From Lama glama (taxonomy: Eukaryota), in contig CM052843.1 of the NCBI GenBank assembly GCA_028534125.1, positions 11,594,001 through 11,658,000 on the forward strand: a stretch of DNA of 64,000 nt, written 5' to 3'. The position numbers and the translations under genes were made by a program. Of this stretch, positions 10,538-24,539 are shown one piece after another; positions within the stretch are counted from its first letter, which is position 1; every line of letters begins with the position of its first letter. The notes beneath the pieces were generated by a model, which was not told the DNA's origin, did no database searches, and saw only the letters and a list, made by a program, of their open reading frames with translations.

Positions 10538-13500
10538 CAGTTGTTTATAGTTTCCTTCAGTGAAACCTCTTACACTGTCTTCCTAAGATGTTTAACTCCT
10601 CCAGTGTGAATTAACAATACAGAAGTGCCGTTAAGGTAGCCTTTCTAGAGATAGAGCTGCGAGTGTCTGAGTCGCGCTCCTCTGTGACTGGTGCTTCCTC
10701 ACAGGTGCGGGCTCTGTAGCGGGATGAAGCCCTGCGGGAAGTGAGTCCAGAGGCACCGCCATAGTGACCTTGATTGGTTTCTCATCTAGTAACAAGGCTA
10801 GATATTCGCTTATTTCTTTTAAGTAAAAGATGAGTAAAGTATCATTCGTGAGTGGTTGAAATGGTGGTATTTTAAATTTTAAGATAAAAGTTACTGTATG
10901 TGAATTTATTATGGATGTAGGCAGTATATCACACTTTGTATTATTTCTTAATCTATAGAATCAAGATGTTTAAAAAGAAGAAATTAAATTTTATTCATAC
11001 TAAAGAAAACCATTTAGTACAATTTAATGTGAATCTGCCAGTATATTTTACATGAGAGGTATTGGGAAAGATGAAAATCATCTTTTTGTAGCTGAAAAAT
11101 CATAGTTAACCTGTCCATTAGCCTGTCAGCAAATTAAGCTTATGAAATTCCATCATGATAAAAGATTTGGGAATACAGTGAACAGACGTACATAGGAAAA
11201 TTAGATTTAGCATTAATTTGCTGCCATTTTTAAAAATTCAGTTTATGTTCATTCTATCATCTTGAGTACAGAGGTGGACTCGCCAGCCTCGTCTTTTCCT
11301 GTAGTGCCCACTCCTGCCTCCCTCTGCCATCCAAAGATCTGTTCTGAGTTCTCAGTATGATCTAGGCACTGGGTGAGCAACCAGCAGGGCTGTGGTGAAT
11401 AATGCAGACCCAGGAGCTGCCTGCTTGGTGCTTCTAGTCCAGTGAGGCTTTTGGATGTAGACATATAGTAAACAAAGTTCCTTATTTTGCAAAAGAACAT
11501 AATTTCTTATGATGGAGTTAATCTTTTTAAAGGAAAAAAAGCAGGCAGCTTATGTTCAGATTGATAATCATTTCAACAATAGTCAGAATTTCAAGCTGTA
11601 GCAATGTAAAACTGCTGCCCTCTGTGCAGACACAGGCCTGATCTGAGTCTCGGTTTGCTTATCTCTGTAAATAGAGATACTAGGAGAAGGAGAAGTAATT
11701 AATGTTTAGCAAGCACTTTGATATTTACGCCCAGTGGCTGTAAACAGTTATTAAAAAGTCATTGAACAGGTCAGAATGGCAGGTGCAGTGGTGTGGCCAG
11801 AGCGAGGGCCAGGAAAGCAGGATCTTGGCAGCTCTGGAGAAGGAGATACACGTAAAATGTTCTACTCCTGACTAAACATTTTATTATTAAATGATTACAG
11901 TTAGGATTCCATCAGTATATTTCTGTACATCTCAAAATGTCACAACAAACCAAATATGTTCTGTGTATGAGCACAGATAAGTTGATAATTTCGTGTATAG
12001 ACAGCAGCACGGATTCTCATTCCCCGTAGTAAAGGTAACTCTCTTAGAAGGAAGTGTCATTTCATGAAAAGGCAGCAAGCACTGCAGTTCTGTGTATTTG
12101 GATGAGAGCAGTGGGGATGGGGTGGGAGCTGCAGTTGGTGTGGGGAGAGGATTGTTGGACGTGGAGCCCTGCTTCTCACTCCCTGTTCATCCCAGGGGCT
12201 CTGCTGCTGCTCGCTGGCTGTGTGAACTGGAAGTTACTTTTTCTCCATCCTTTGGCAGTGTTTGACCTTAGGCAAATCACCTGGAGTTTTTGGCCTCACT
12301 TAAAAATTTTTGAGGGTGTTGGAGATCTCTTTTGAGTCCTGGTAAATATTAATAATAAAAAATAATGTGTGATTTGGAGAGTAGTAGCAGCAAATACTAT
12401 GCAAAGTAAGTTGACATTTATCTTAGATCCTTTGTGAGAGGGATTTAATGCTTGTGCTGCATTTAGGAGTTTAGGAGTTCAGATTAGTTTAAAACAAATC
12501 TAAATTATGAGTGATTCATCATTTTAATAGGATTTTACAGGATACTTAGAATGGGTCCAAGCACTATGTGTATTTCTGTAAGTCAAGGTTTTGGTTGCTA
12601 TCAAACTGCTACTGTTCATTGTTTTTGTGCTGACTGGTTTTTGTAGCCCCCTGTCTGCCCTTGTAGAGAGAAAAAAGTACCCATTAGGGTACTAGTTGGG
12701 TGCATGTGCTGTTAATCCAAGTATACTTCTTACAAAATGCTTTGAAATTTTATCCGGCCGAAAAATCCCATTCCTAAATTTGAAGACAACTTCTGAGCAG
12801 AGAAAAAATTTATAAACCATGCATGGCACATTTACAAATTCTTTGGAAAAACTGTCTGTGATTTGGAGTAATTATTTATCCCCAGATCTCCATATGTCAC
12901 ACATTGCCTTTTTACCCCTGGGGAGTAACCAGATTGCATTATTTGTGATCCTTTGGAGTTGTATGAAATGATAATTTAACTTTTCAGATGTGGTTAATCT
13001 ACAGGCTCTGCTTCCTAACTATTAACATACAGGGCATGACAGGCTTAACTGTTTCCAGGTGTGACTGAAGAACTTGGACGGCAAATTGCTCGATTATCTC
13101 GGCCGCTGTAATTTACTAGAAAACTGCAGCTTTGGCATCAGCAGTTAGAAAGGAATATGTTAACATTAACTACACTTGAGACACATTTTACATGAAATAA
13201 ACTGTCTTTTTGAGACAGTTAAGTGTTTATTTTTTATAATACTATTTAGAACTCCGTTTTGTCTTTTGAATAGTTGAAGTTTTGCTAATGAGCAGGCCCT
13301 GATTTACATAAGCTAGATGTGTTTTGTGCAGCTTCCTACAGTTTGGAAGTTCGCTCCCCTGATCTGTCACCCGCTGCTGGAACCTTTTCTCCCCTCGTTC
13401 CCACTTAACTCTGCCTTGGTCCAGAGAGCAGCTAGCATCTTCCCTCCACGCCCAGCTTCTCCCAGTTCCTGGAATGGAGTCTCCTTTGCCTCCAGAAAGG

Positions 13501-15811
13501 ATGCACCACTGATCAGGGCATAAGAGGGCCCACTTACCACTCTTGTTGTTGTTATTAGCAGTAAAAATTCTTAGAGATCCAGAGGGTTTATTGTTAAGGA
13601 GGACATAGAGAGGCTACGTTCTGTTCTGTAGCCGGCCAGAGGAGGAGTGACGTTCTGGGCAGAGGTGAGGTGAGTTGAAGAGGCCCCAGGCTGGTGAGCT
13701 CTGTTGCACTCATCATCCTTGGCTATGGCTGTCTTCCCTCAAGCTCAAAGTGCCCAGTCCTCATCCTGGTCTTGAGCCACCCTCTCACCTTCCCCGCCAC
13801 TTCCTGCCCCTTCATCTTCCCTAGACCATCTCCTCCATCTCCAGCGTGCCTCCCGTCTGGCCCTGCGGGGACCCCTGTCCACTCAGTGGGAGACACAGCC
13901 TTCTCCCCTTCTGTCCAGTGGTGGACAGGCTGGTCCTGGGCTCTGTCCACTGCAGCGAGCTGGAGGGTAGGGGCTTCCTGACACCCCCAATGGGGAGTCT
14001 GAATTTTCTTATTGGAATGTTTTTATTCATGCCAGTTAGCTTTTACAGAACTATAAATAAAAACTAGAATATATGGATTAAAAAGGCTTTTGTTGCTAGT
14101 CTGAGGACCTGATAACCACTTATTGCATTGCTCATAAGAGAGAGTGTCCCAGGTTCCAAACAGCCAGTCCTAAAATGGGGATTTGAAAGACATTTTTCTA
14201 GAAAGATAATTTTCTCTTGTAAAACTCATATTAACTGTGTTCTTTCGCTTTTTCTTAACCCTAAATTCAAATGAAAGCTTCAGTAAGATTCAGATTCTTA
14301 ATGAAAAAGAAGATGGAGTCTTTTGTCCTCAGCATTTCAGCTCGGTCACCCATATTAATGTGCCAGCATAAATCATCACTGATTCTTGAGTTTTGGGATT
14401 ATCTTTGGGATAGTGATGGTATGGAAAGATCCATCCATTATTTAAGTTATTGGTGACATTCTAGAAGTGTGTTATGCATGGCAGAAAGATAAGGACCAGA
14501 AAGGGTATAAATAGAGACTTCACACTGATTTATTTATGAAAACATAAATTTTAAAGGAAAATGTGATTTGAGGCATTGAGTATAAACTGCAATTCTACTA
14601 GTCACTTTGTGCTCTGAATATTGCTTACTAACCTGTGGGATTATAACCAGAGGCATTTGCTAATGTATTTGCAGAGGCTGCTGAAATAATTCAGATTTAT
14701 TGACCATAAGAGGATATTAAATATTTACCTTTTCTGCTCAGTGCCTGTAGTGAAATAGAATATAAGTTAATGGTTAATGGCTCATAGGCAGCTATTTCTG
14801 AAATACTATCTTCATGTACTTTATCCAGTGACATTACTTATATTTCGTATGTGTTAAAAAGCATATTTAGAATCTACCTTACATGAATGTTGCTGCTTAG
14901 CTGAACAGTATTCCAGAAGATGTTTCTAACTATGTGGGGTTTGTCTGCAAGTAACTGCAAAGGGACAAAAATATGTTTTAAGTTGTGGGATAGGGAGAAA
15001 CCTATCTTTAAAAAAAACAACAAATAGAATGAAATAATAATGTATTAATATTACTATGTGTGTGTCCTGGCACACCTGCAGTATCTCATGTTTTCCAGAA
15101 TGTTATAAGGTTGGCAGTAATTCAGCATGTGAGAATCTAGCAATTATGTTAGATTAGTGTTAGGATGATTAAATAAAAACTATACTTGTAGGTGTAGAAT
15201 CAGAGAAAAGCCAACTTATTTAGGTTTCCTGCAAAGTAGTGATAGTGCAGTATTCAGCTAAAAATGTCTCAACATGAAAGAAAGTTTACTTGAATTGGTA
15301 TAAGCATTGGGAAGAGCATAAAGCACTATTTGCAAGTTTTAAACTTTGAGGGAAATAATTTATAGCATTGTTTGGAATTTTCTGAAAACTAGATCTGCAA
15401 AACTGACTTAACAAAAGTTAACTAATAGAAGCTCTGATTTTTCTACAAGCCCAAAGGGACTGTTGGAGGGTTTTTTGTTGTTTTGCTTCTATTACATTAA
15501 TTTTTAACATCCTGAGAATGACTGCATTATTGTGGTTAATGAAAAAAAATTCAAATATTTTTAATTTTAAAACTATAAGGAACTTACTTTGACTGCCATT
15601 AGTTTGTCAGAACAGACAAGTCATTTAGAAAAGGTTGGTTCTTCTGTAGGTGACAGTGTTTCATATGACATTTCAGGTATATTATTGAGTTCTGTACTAA
15701 AGATAAGCACAAATTAAAAAAAAAAAACTTCAAATCCTAGCATCATTCCCCCCAAAATCTGTAATTTTGTTTGAGAGAGAAGAAACCTAGGACCTTTTAT
15801 CAATTGTACCT

Positions 15812-16050
15812 TGGAAGTTACTGTCATTAAATTCATAGAGACAGAGTGGTAATTGTCGGGGGCAGGGGGCAGTGAGGAAAGGAAGTGGGGAGTTACTGTT
15901 TGATGACTAGGGTTTCAGTTTTGCAAGGAGAAGAGAGTTCTAGAGGCTGGTTGTACAGCAGCATGAATGCACTTACAGCCGTTGAACTGTGTGGGTAAAA
16001 ATGGATGAGATGGTAAATTTATCTTATGTGTATTTTACCACAATTAAAAC
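15812..16050 (+). mobile_element. L1MA/L1MB-type 3'UTR end
   Basis: aaattcatagagacagagtgg...ggggagttactgtttgatg...gtttcagttttgcaag...gttctagag...atggtaaattt...tgtattttaccacaattaaaa. Confidence 0.85.
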
Positions 16051-16494
16051 AACAACAAGCCTTTCAGATTTAGTGGAAAGGCTGTTCAGCTGTTTTAGTG
16101 TCGTGTTTTCCTTGACAGGCACTGACGGGTAGCCGCTGGCTCTGCCAGTGAGAGCACCGGGCTCAGCCCTGCTTTCTTTCTAGGGAACGTTATGGTGCGA
16201 GTGTGTATGTCTCACAGGAAAATAGCTTAGTGTGAATGTTGGAGAAAGCGAGTATCGGGTGGGGGGGCAGTGTGTGTGTAGGGCTCTTGGAGACAGGAGT
16301 GGCTGGACCACGTTCAGCGTGGCTGGGAAAATGACCATGGTTTACTTAGGGAGAGATATATGTAGTGCTGTTAGCAGCCTCTGTTTTTAAAAGTTTTAAC
16401 TTTTTATTTTTTTTCGTCATTTTGCTTATATTTTATTTCTCACCACATCTACCAGGTAGAGTATTGATGGTTTCTGCCAGGGATCCAAATACAT

Positions 16495-17460
16495 CCCATT
16501 TATTGGTATTCATTATAACAGGTATTTTAAGAAAGGTCCTGTGCTATGAGTTAGTAGGATTGATGTCAAGATCAGGCCAGAGCCCCCTGCCCTTAAGAGT
16601 TTCATGCTCTAAAAGAGAAGATAGGATGTGTGGGCCAATATAACCGAAATACAAGACAGAGTCAGATATGCAATATAAAAAAAGTTTTGTGGAAAAACCA
16701 CCTAGGGTGATCTAATATTAGCTCAGAAATGATATCAAGGAAGGATCGTGAAGTAGGAGCAGAACCTTGAGAGATGGGGAGGGTGTTAATAGGTAGAGAT
16801 AACGGGGCTATGAATCCAACTTGAGCACCGTGACGCAGACAGACATGGGGGGGGGGAGCAGGGTGACCGCTGCCGAATGAGCATAAGAGCGCTGTGACAC
16901 TGCAGAACAGGATGCCCGCTGGTTGTAGTTAGAAGACAGGAAAGATATTTTGAGGCCAGATCATGAAGAATTCCCAAGGTCTTATTGAAAGAGTTTGAAT
17001 TTACATAAGCAGCAGGGGAACTGTTGGAAGTTTCTGATGTGGGTCTGAGATGTTTCGACACCCTCAAAGGTCTTGCAAGCAGACAGACGTAGGGTTAGGA
17101 AGCAGGAGGACTTACTTGGTCTGATTTGTGGTTGTTTAATTGTAGAGGCAGATTTGGTTCTTTGGTGTCCGTCTGAAGTAGGAAATTAGGTTGGATAAAT
17201 AAATAGGGAGAATACAAACTGGGCATTAAAATTTAGGCAAAGGTGTTAAAAATTGATTCGGTTCACTATGTAGAGCCATTGCAAGAAACTGAAGTGAAAA
17301 ACCGATTTTAAAGGTCAGTTAGGCAGCAGTGTATAGAAGGGATTTTAAAGACTGGTTCGTGAAGAGGTTACTGCATGGTGGGATCATGAGGAGCTGGATG
17401 GGGCTAGTTACAGCAGAAACAGAGAGAGGACTGACATGAAATAGAGGAAATGGTGAAAAG
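16495..17460 (-). mobile_element. L2 LINE fragments
   Basis: ccctgcccttaagagtttcatgctcta...gaggccagatcatgaag...gagtttgaattt...ggggaactgttggaagttt is antisense L2. Confidence 0.6.
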
Positions 17461-18259
17461 AAGGAAGTAGTGAAATTCACAATTAATAAGCATGTTTATG
17501 TACAGAGCATTTATTGCACGACAGGGTAACTGACCAGTAGTACCCACTCTTAGAAAATAGGCGTGCTGTATTGGTCAGGCAAGAGCGTTGTTGTGAAACG
17601 GCCTGGCTGAAGGACCTTGGCTTGAGCAAGGGGGCCTGGTGGCCTTCAGGATCGCCAAAATGACGAGGGCAGAGAGTGCTCCCCATCAGCGTTCCTGTTT
17701 GGTTGGCTGCATCCACAGAAGGGCCCAGGCCAGCGGATCTCCCACCTCCATGCCATGGCACACTGGTAAACTGCAGGCCCTTCAGAAACGGGCTATGATA
17801 TTTTCAAATCTCATGTAAACTTTTTGCTGCAGGTGGACATTCACATGGCCTGGCAGTGTGTGAAAGAACCTAGCTATACAGGTCATAAGGGAAACGGCTG
17901 CTCTCAGGCCAGCGCCGAGGACAAAGCAGAGTTTACTGCTTCACACCTATCCCCCAAGGGTCCAGGAGACCCTTCTGCTCCAGCAACAGCACAGAGCTGA
18001 GGACAATCTGGGTCGGATTCAGCCACGGGGATTTTACAGCACCAGCGCCCTGGGATACACATCGACATCCTAGTGCACGCCTCATTATTCTTGACTTTGT
18101 TCAATTTGCTTTTGAGTCTTTTAATTCATTCACATTAGCGAATAAAAAAAGCCCAGTCTTTCAACATGCCTTGCAAGCAGCTGGAGAAGACTGGTCCTGC
18201 CAGCTCCTTGATGAATGCTACAGCCATCGGCTGCAGTGGGTAAAGGGACAGTGAAAGGA

Positions 18260-18430
18260 AGATGGCCTTTGGAATGTGAAATCTTAGGTTTGAATCTTTG
18301 CTCTACCACTAGCAGTGAGACCTCAAGCAAGTTATTGAAACTCAGTTTCCTCCATTGCTTTGTGAAACGAAGGTAATAATATTTACCTTTCAGGACTGTT
18401 TTGATGACTTGAGGTAAGGACTGAAATAAA
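18260..18430 (+). mobile_element. MIR SINE
   Basis: ggtttgaatctttgctctaccactagcagtgagacctcaagcaagtta...ctcagtttcct...aataatatttacct. Confidence 0.75.
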
Positions 18431-19980
18431 GGCACTGTACTCTATGAAAAAGAATATTCATTTCCCATTGCCGGTGTGTGATGATTTTAGTGCTTATTAC
18501 TTTTCTCTGTGTTAAGCAGCCACATCCCAGGTTTTGTAAAGCATGTGTTTCTCTGAACTATGGACTCCTGGAGTTTGATCTTTAAAGATTAAATAGACTA
18601 TAGTAATAAGCAAGCATTGGTCACCTGTGAGTTATTTAAAACAGAAAAAAAAATTAGTTTGAAGCATTAAATTTGCTGTTAAAATCTATTTAAATACCAG
18701 TATATCTTATGTCATATACCGTAATCATATTACACTTTTTTTTTTAAAGTACCCGTCACCCTTCCCGCAAAACTAGTAAACAACAACAAAACTTATGACT
18801 AAAGCAATCAAAGGGGATTTTGGTAGAATTTTCTATCAACTTCCACAGAGGAAGACTCATTTTTTACATTTAGAATTAGGAATTAGTTGGGACTAGCATT
18901 CTTGAAATAGACGCAATCATGTTGTGGATTGTGGGACTGTGGAATGTATTCAAGTGTAGGTGGTTTTCTTTTTAATTATTGAGTGTTAGTTTTCAACCTG
19001 CTTACAAATCTAGCCATTTAAATTTTTAGTAGGCAGTAGACTTAAACCTAGCACCGATAATCTGCTCAGGTGCAAGTATAGTTGTGTTCTTTTAATTGAA
19101 AACATGTGACTAGCTTTTAATGTTTTTTTTTAATTCCTAGAGATCTAAAAAATTTTGGAGATTTTTTTGGTCCAGTTTCAGCTACAAGTAGTTGTGTTGG
19201 ACTCATCCCCAGCCCCTTTGAATTCCAGTTACTGTTTACTATATATTTGTGCTTTTAGCAAAAGTTGATTTCTAAGTCTTAAAATGGCTTCCATCATCAC
19301 ATAGTAACTGCTTTTCATAAATGTTGTTTTTTGAAACCTTAATGAAAGAATTCACGTAACATGAATATAAAAGCAAATCCTGTTGGCCTTAAAGGGACTT
19401 TGCAGTCCTATCTTTTTAGCATCTCTATTCGTGTCATGATGTAACTTAAGGTTTATTGTTTAAAACTATAACTTGTTTCTGTGTGTGAAAATTCATTTTT
19501 TTTTTGAAAATGCATTCTTCCATACTGCCTTTCCTGGGACTATGACATCTTAATGATTTTGCTAACAATATATTTGACTGCTGCCTTATGGAATATGAGG
19601 TTTGTTTTAGAAAATTTAAATGTAGGCATTGAACGATAAAGCTTAAATGAAAATTAAAGCCTAGCTTAAAATGAACTTGGATAAATCCTGAGTTTTGCTT
19701 TGGTTGCTCCAGTAATAGCAGTTCAGTGCCAGAAAAAAATGTAGATATAAAAATAACATCAAAGTGTTACGCTTTTGAAAAGTTGACACAAATTAATACA
19801 TAGCAATAATTTTGGACATATTAGCTTAAAGAAGGATTATCTCAGTTACTTTTAGGCATAAATTTTCTTGGTGAGCTGAAGAGAACTGTAAAAAGGAAAA
19901 CGTCTCTGTATTTAATTTATACAGTTGTAGTAGTTTTTCAAATTAGTTTTACATTTTTAGTAGCTTTTTATGAGCAAACT

Positions 19981-20036
19981 AGAATTTTGAATTAGAATTC
20001 AAATTCAAATTCAAATTTGAATTCAAATAGAATTTG
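19981..20036. repeat. (AATTCA)n-like hexamer array with internal inversion
   Basis: agaattttgaattagaattcaaattcaaattcaaatttgaattcaaatagaatttg. Confidence 0.8.
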
Positions 20037-20919
20037 TAAAAGCTGTAGTAAAAGTTTGAAGATTGAAATGATCTTTTGCAATTACTTATGTGCTGAACTG
20101 TATTGTGTTAGGTAAGCTTTTTACCTTAGCGCTCTGGCATTGCATTGGTTGGTAAAAGTTAGATTCTGTTTTGTTTTGTTTTAGTGAGAAAGCTCTCTGT
20201 GCAGAGACAATTTATAAGAAATAATAATTTTACTTTTGACCATTATTATAAGAAAAAAATCCAGAAAATAATATGTTAAAACTGTAACACCTTTGCTATA
20301 GTTGTAATTTAAACATGGCATTTGCATTTTATAATTAAAAGCTATGCTATTATGAGCAATTTGGGATTAAATAAACCCCTCCTTAGTGTTAGAACATCTT
20401 CTCTGTTGACTGTTCTTAAGTAAAAGGGAGTATGAGAGGCTTTAAATCAAACTGACAGTTTTTATTTAGGAGAGGAAATTACTTGAAATTAATAAGAAAT
20501 GATTAATTTCTTATCTGTTCACTTTGCATAACTGCCTTTTCCAGGTAACTGAAGATAACCAACCCTTAGGTGTTAGAATTGCTTTTATTTTATTTAACCA
20601 CATCAACTGGTAACTTTTCGTAAGTTATTATATGCCTTCACACCTTCTAAGATTACATAAACATAATTTATCCTTTTCTTGTGACTGCATATGAATTTTT
20701 GTTAAGCTGTGTTCAGCTTTTTGGTTCTATACTGTGTGGCTTCAGACTTGTCCAAAGTTTAAAAACTTGTGTCTGATTTTTTTCCATGACTGTAGGTTCT
20801 TTCTTTTTGCTATTGGCATTCATAAATCCTTTCACCATATTCCTCTGTTGATGCAAATAAAAAAACAGGAGATGATAATAGTTACTACCATTTTTTGAAT
20901 GTTTTTAATCTTAATATCC

Positions 20920-21035
20920 ACCCTGTGTCAAAGGTATTATCCCCATCCTATAGAGGAAAAGTTAGGTTTAGAGGAATTAAATAACTTATAAAGGTCAGGA
21001 AGCCAGAAAGTGGTAAGATGGAATATGACTCAAGT
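20920..21035 (-). mobile_element. MIR fragment
   Basis: ggtattatccccatcctatagaggaaaagttaggtttagaggaattaaataactt...aaggtca. Confidence 0.65.
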
Positions 21036-21720
21036 GAGTTTTTATATATGTGTGAATATGTATACACCTTTGTGAATACTACCCAGGTCAATTCAGTAAA
21101 TATTTCCAGCACCCCAGGAGGCTCTTGTGTGCCTTCTCTCAACAGTATTCGCCCTACAATGACCACTGTTCTGATCTCCATCCCCACAGATCGAGTCCCC
21201 TTTTACTAGTTATACCAGTTCTTGAAATTTGTAAAAGTTGAATCATATAGAGTGTATTCTCTGGTGTCAGGTTTTTCTTCCTCAGCATTACATCTGTGAG
21301 GTTCATCCATGTTGTGGCATAGTGTTTATTTCTTCTTTTTCATGACTGTATAGTGTTTCATTGTGTGATTATATTAAAGTGTTGTATTCATCTTGTTGAT
21401 GGACATTTGGGTCATTTCCATTTTTGATTATTAAGAATAAAGCTGCTATGAGGCATTCTTTTGCATGTTTTTAGTTTTATACATGTTTTATGTTCACTCC
21501 TCTTGGGTATATACCCAAGATTGAAATCCTGGGTCTTGGGAATATATATGTCAAGCTGTAGTAGGTACTGCCAATCAGTTTTTCAAGTAATCATACAGGT
21601 TTTCACTCCCATCAGCAACGTATGGGGTTTCTGGTTGCTCCCCACCCTCATCATATGGTGGTATTGTTGGTCCTATTAATCTTTTCCCCTTTTAAATTTT
21701 ATTTATTCTGGTGGTATCTA
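21036..21720 (-). mobile_element. L1MC/L1ME-type 3' region
   Basis: aatactacccaggtcaa...tatttccagcaccccagga...gaggttcatccatgttgtggc...gttgatggacatttggg...ttgggtatatacccaag...cactcccatcagcaa. Confidence 0.8.
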
Positions 21721-22614
21721 GTCTGATACCAGTAATGCAAATTAAAAGTTATTTTTAAAATGGAAAAGATGTTTTACATGAAATGTATATTCTTATCTGT
21801 ATATAAAGATTAGTAGTTGTGTGCCTGGTCTTGAATATTACTGAGGTTCCCCCCACACCAGCCTTGTCTTTATAAGCAAATCTTGATTGCTGTGTAGTCA
21901 CTGATATTAATAAAGTTTTTCCTATAATAAGTAGGTGAAATATTCTAGAAACCACTTGTTTCATTAAGAGTTTTATGTAAGGGAAATTTTAAAGGAATTT
22001 AAGATGGTAAATACCTTTATTGGAGGACTCAAGGTTACAAATGATGTCTACAAAGAAGACTTGTGTGTCACAAACTTACAAATTGTCTTGTAGAATAACT
22101 CAGTGAGGACCTTTATAACTAGAAACTCGAGGTCTTTTTTTGATTCAAAATATAGCAATTACATGTAATCTATCAGACTTCATCTAGAACTGTACTCATT
22201 GGATGGTTTACATAATAAAGTTATTTTGCTAAGAATTACTTGAATTGACTAGTTCTTGTTTTTCCCAGTTTGTGCAGGTTACACGTGTTTGCCTTTCCTG
22301 CATGAGTCTCAGGTACGCGGATTAGTCAGGCGGTCTCATCTGAAACTGATGTATAATAGTGCTAAGTCGTATGACCTGCCATACCTGTTTCACAATGTTT
22401 TTGTTTTGCTCAAGTAGATGAAAGGTTTACTTAAGTGTGGCCACATTGGTACAGCATTCCTGGTGATCTTGGTAGGTTAATGACAATCTTTGTCATAGAA
22501 ATCAGGAAATGTGGGTTGAGCCTACGGGATGCATGTACTTAGTTCATTAAAATGCTGTCTCCCGAAGCACCGGGGATTGTTGGAAGCACTTGGTAGGTAA
22601 TGCAGCTTTAAACC

Positions 22615-22652
22615 CCTACCTACCTATCTACCTACCTACCTACCTATCTATC
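22615..22652. repeat. (ACCT/ATCT)n tetranucleotide microsatellite
   Basis: cctacctacctatctacctacctacctacctatctatct. Confidence 0.95.
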
Positions 22653-24539
22653 TTATTCTGTTCTTTAAACTCTTTTAATACATCAGTGTTTAGTCATATT
22701 ATCTACTGTATGATTGCTTTCTCTAGTAAGGTCAAAAATGACTTTGGAAATTCACATGGATTTCTTTCTGTGGTTTAGTGGGTTTGCTTTAGCTGGAGTG
22801 TTCTGGTTAGTCGTAAACACAGTCATATTGCCGGATTGTACTGCTGCTCTGTTTAACTGGTTGGCTTTTAACTGAATTAACTTTGTCAGTCAGTGTTGTG
22901 ATGGATGCCATTATTTTTTTAAATTATTGTTATAATAGAGAATGGGTTGAAGAATTTTACGAATCAGTTATCTGTGGAATACAGTCAGGTGAGGCAGTTT
23001 GGTAGTTAAGCTTTGAAGTATCTTTTGGGCAATATTTGAATGGCTCTTCTAAGAATTTCAGGGTAAAGATTCATGAGGAGAGGAGACATACTGCAGTCTT
23101 GCTTTCTGTTGAGTATTCTTCTACTGTTGGTTTCAGGTATAATATTCAACATGTGAATGAGCGGACGGCAAGGTTGCTGTTCATCTGGAGACGGCTCATG
23201 TGCGCTTGTGCTGTAAGAGATGACACAGAGCGGAATGTGTTGCTCTCCTTGAGCAAACTTCAAGGCTGTAATCTTGAAGTAGGAATGGAAAAGTTTGAAG
23301 TGAGGCAAGGAAAGCTTAAGCAAAGGCGATGAAGTGGGTTAGTTGCTGGAAAAGAGCTCTCAGGACAGGACTGAGTTATTGATTGTCCTATACAAGAGTG
23401 CCGTCTCTAGAGAAACCTAGTAAATGAGTTATTTATTAGAATCACAGTAAGGTAGCTGAGGCCTTTTATTTTTGGAAGGCCATTCCTTCCTTTTGTAAGT
23501 CAGTGTTGAGTTTATGGACTACCACCAAAAAGTTTATTTCAAAGTTTAAAACCATTGAAGACTAAATACTTGGTTACCTCTCTTACTCCACCTTTGTGCG
23601 TGTGGAAGATCCTGGCTGTTGGGAAAATACCTTACAGCCTCCAGTGTGTTTAGCAGTAAATCTGCATAACAGAGAACGGCACCTGATTAGCTTTTGGGTT
23701 TAAAATCTTCACTATTAGATCACAAAGGCTATGACCAACAATCTTTATGATTCATCGTATGTAAGTAACATAAGAAATGAAAAACTTAATGCCAGTTTTC
23801 CTCACCTGAACCTTCCATGTTACAGATGACTTTAGTTCTCTTTATGATCCTAGGATCACAACACTTGAACTCTCCCCCACCCACTTCTCTGTAGTGGAAG
23901 GTCAGTCTTCCATGACTTTATTTGTATTTTTATTGCCATCACTATTTTGAACAAGTAGCAGTAAAATGCCTTTATCTTTTCGCATGTATGTGGGAAAACT
24001 TAGGTAATAGGGATAAAAGCATGTGTACTTTATACACATACAGACACAGGTTGACATGTACGTATCCGGTAGTAACTTGATTACTAAGGTTCTCTGTGTA
24101 TTTTACATGCATGATATGCACAGGCTCACAGTTTGTGTTGTAAGTACTAGGCTTCTTGGAAGTGGTACTGTGCTCAGCCATGCCGTGGGCGTTAGGAAGG
24201 GTTGAGAAAAGTATTAAGAACAGTGGGAGTTTCTGAGGAAATCTGCAAAATCTTAATCCAGTGTTTTTGGCTTGTCTCGCTAGTTATGGGGGAGTAAAGA
24301 CTAGTCCAGGCTGGTTTTCTGGTGGCTCCATTTGAGCTGTCTGCCACTGGGGTGTAGGCGTGTCCTGGGGAGAGCAGTCTGCTGCTAGGGATGCTGGTGG
24401 TAATGGCCGCCATTTAGGAGATGATGAAGTGGAGGTGACTAAGCTCTGGCCAGAAAGACCAGACCAAGTTACTGGGCCCCCCATGTCGAAGATCCTAGGA
24501 GAAATCCAAGTCTCATTTTAGCCTCTATGAAAAATAGTA

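Noticed and set aside
13694-14067. Four overlapping ORFs in a GC-richer pyrimidine-skewed stretch
   Set aside because: Stop-codon scarcity follows from base composition. There is no recognisable protein or convincing exon structure.
24250-24490. GC-richer LTR-like segment
   Set aside because: I could not match it to a specific family or find termini, so it is left unannotated.
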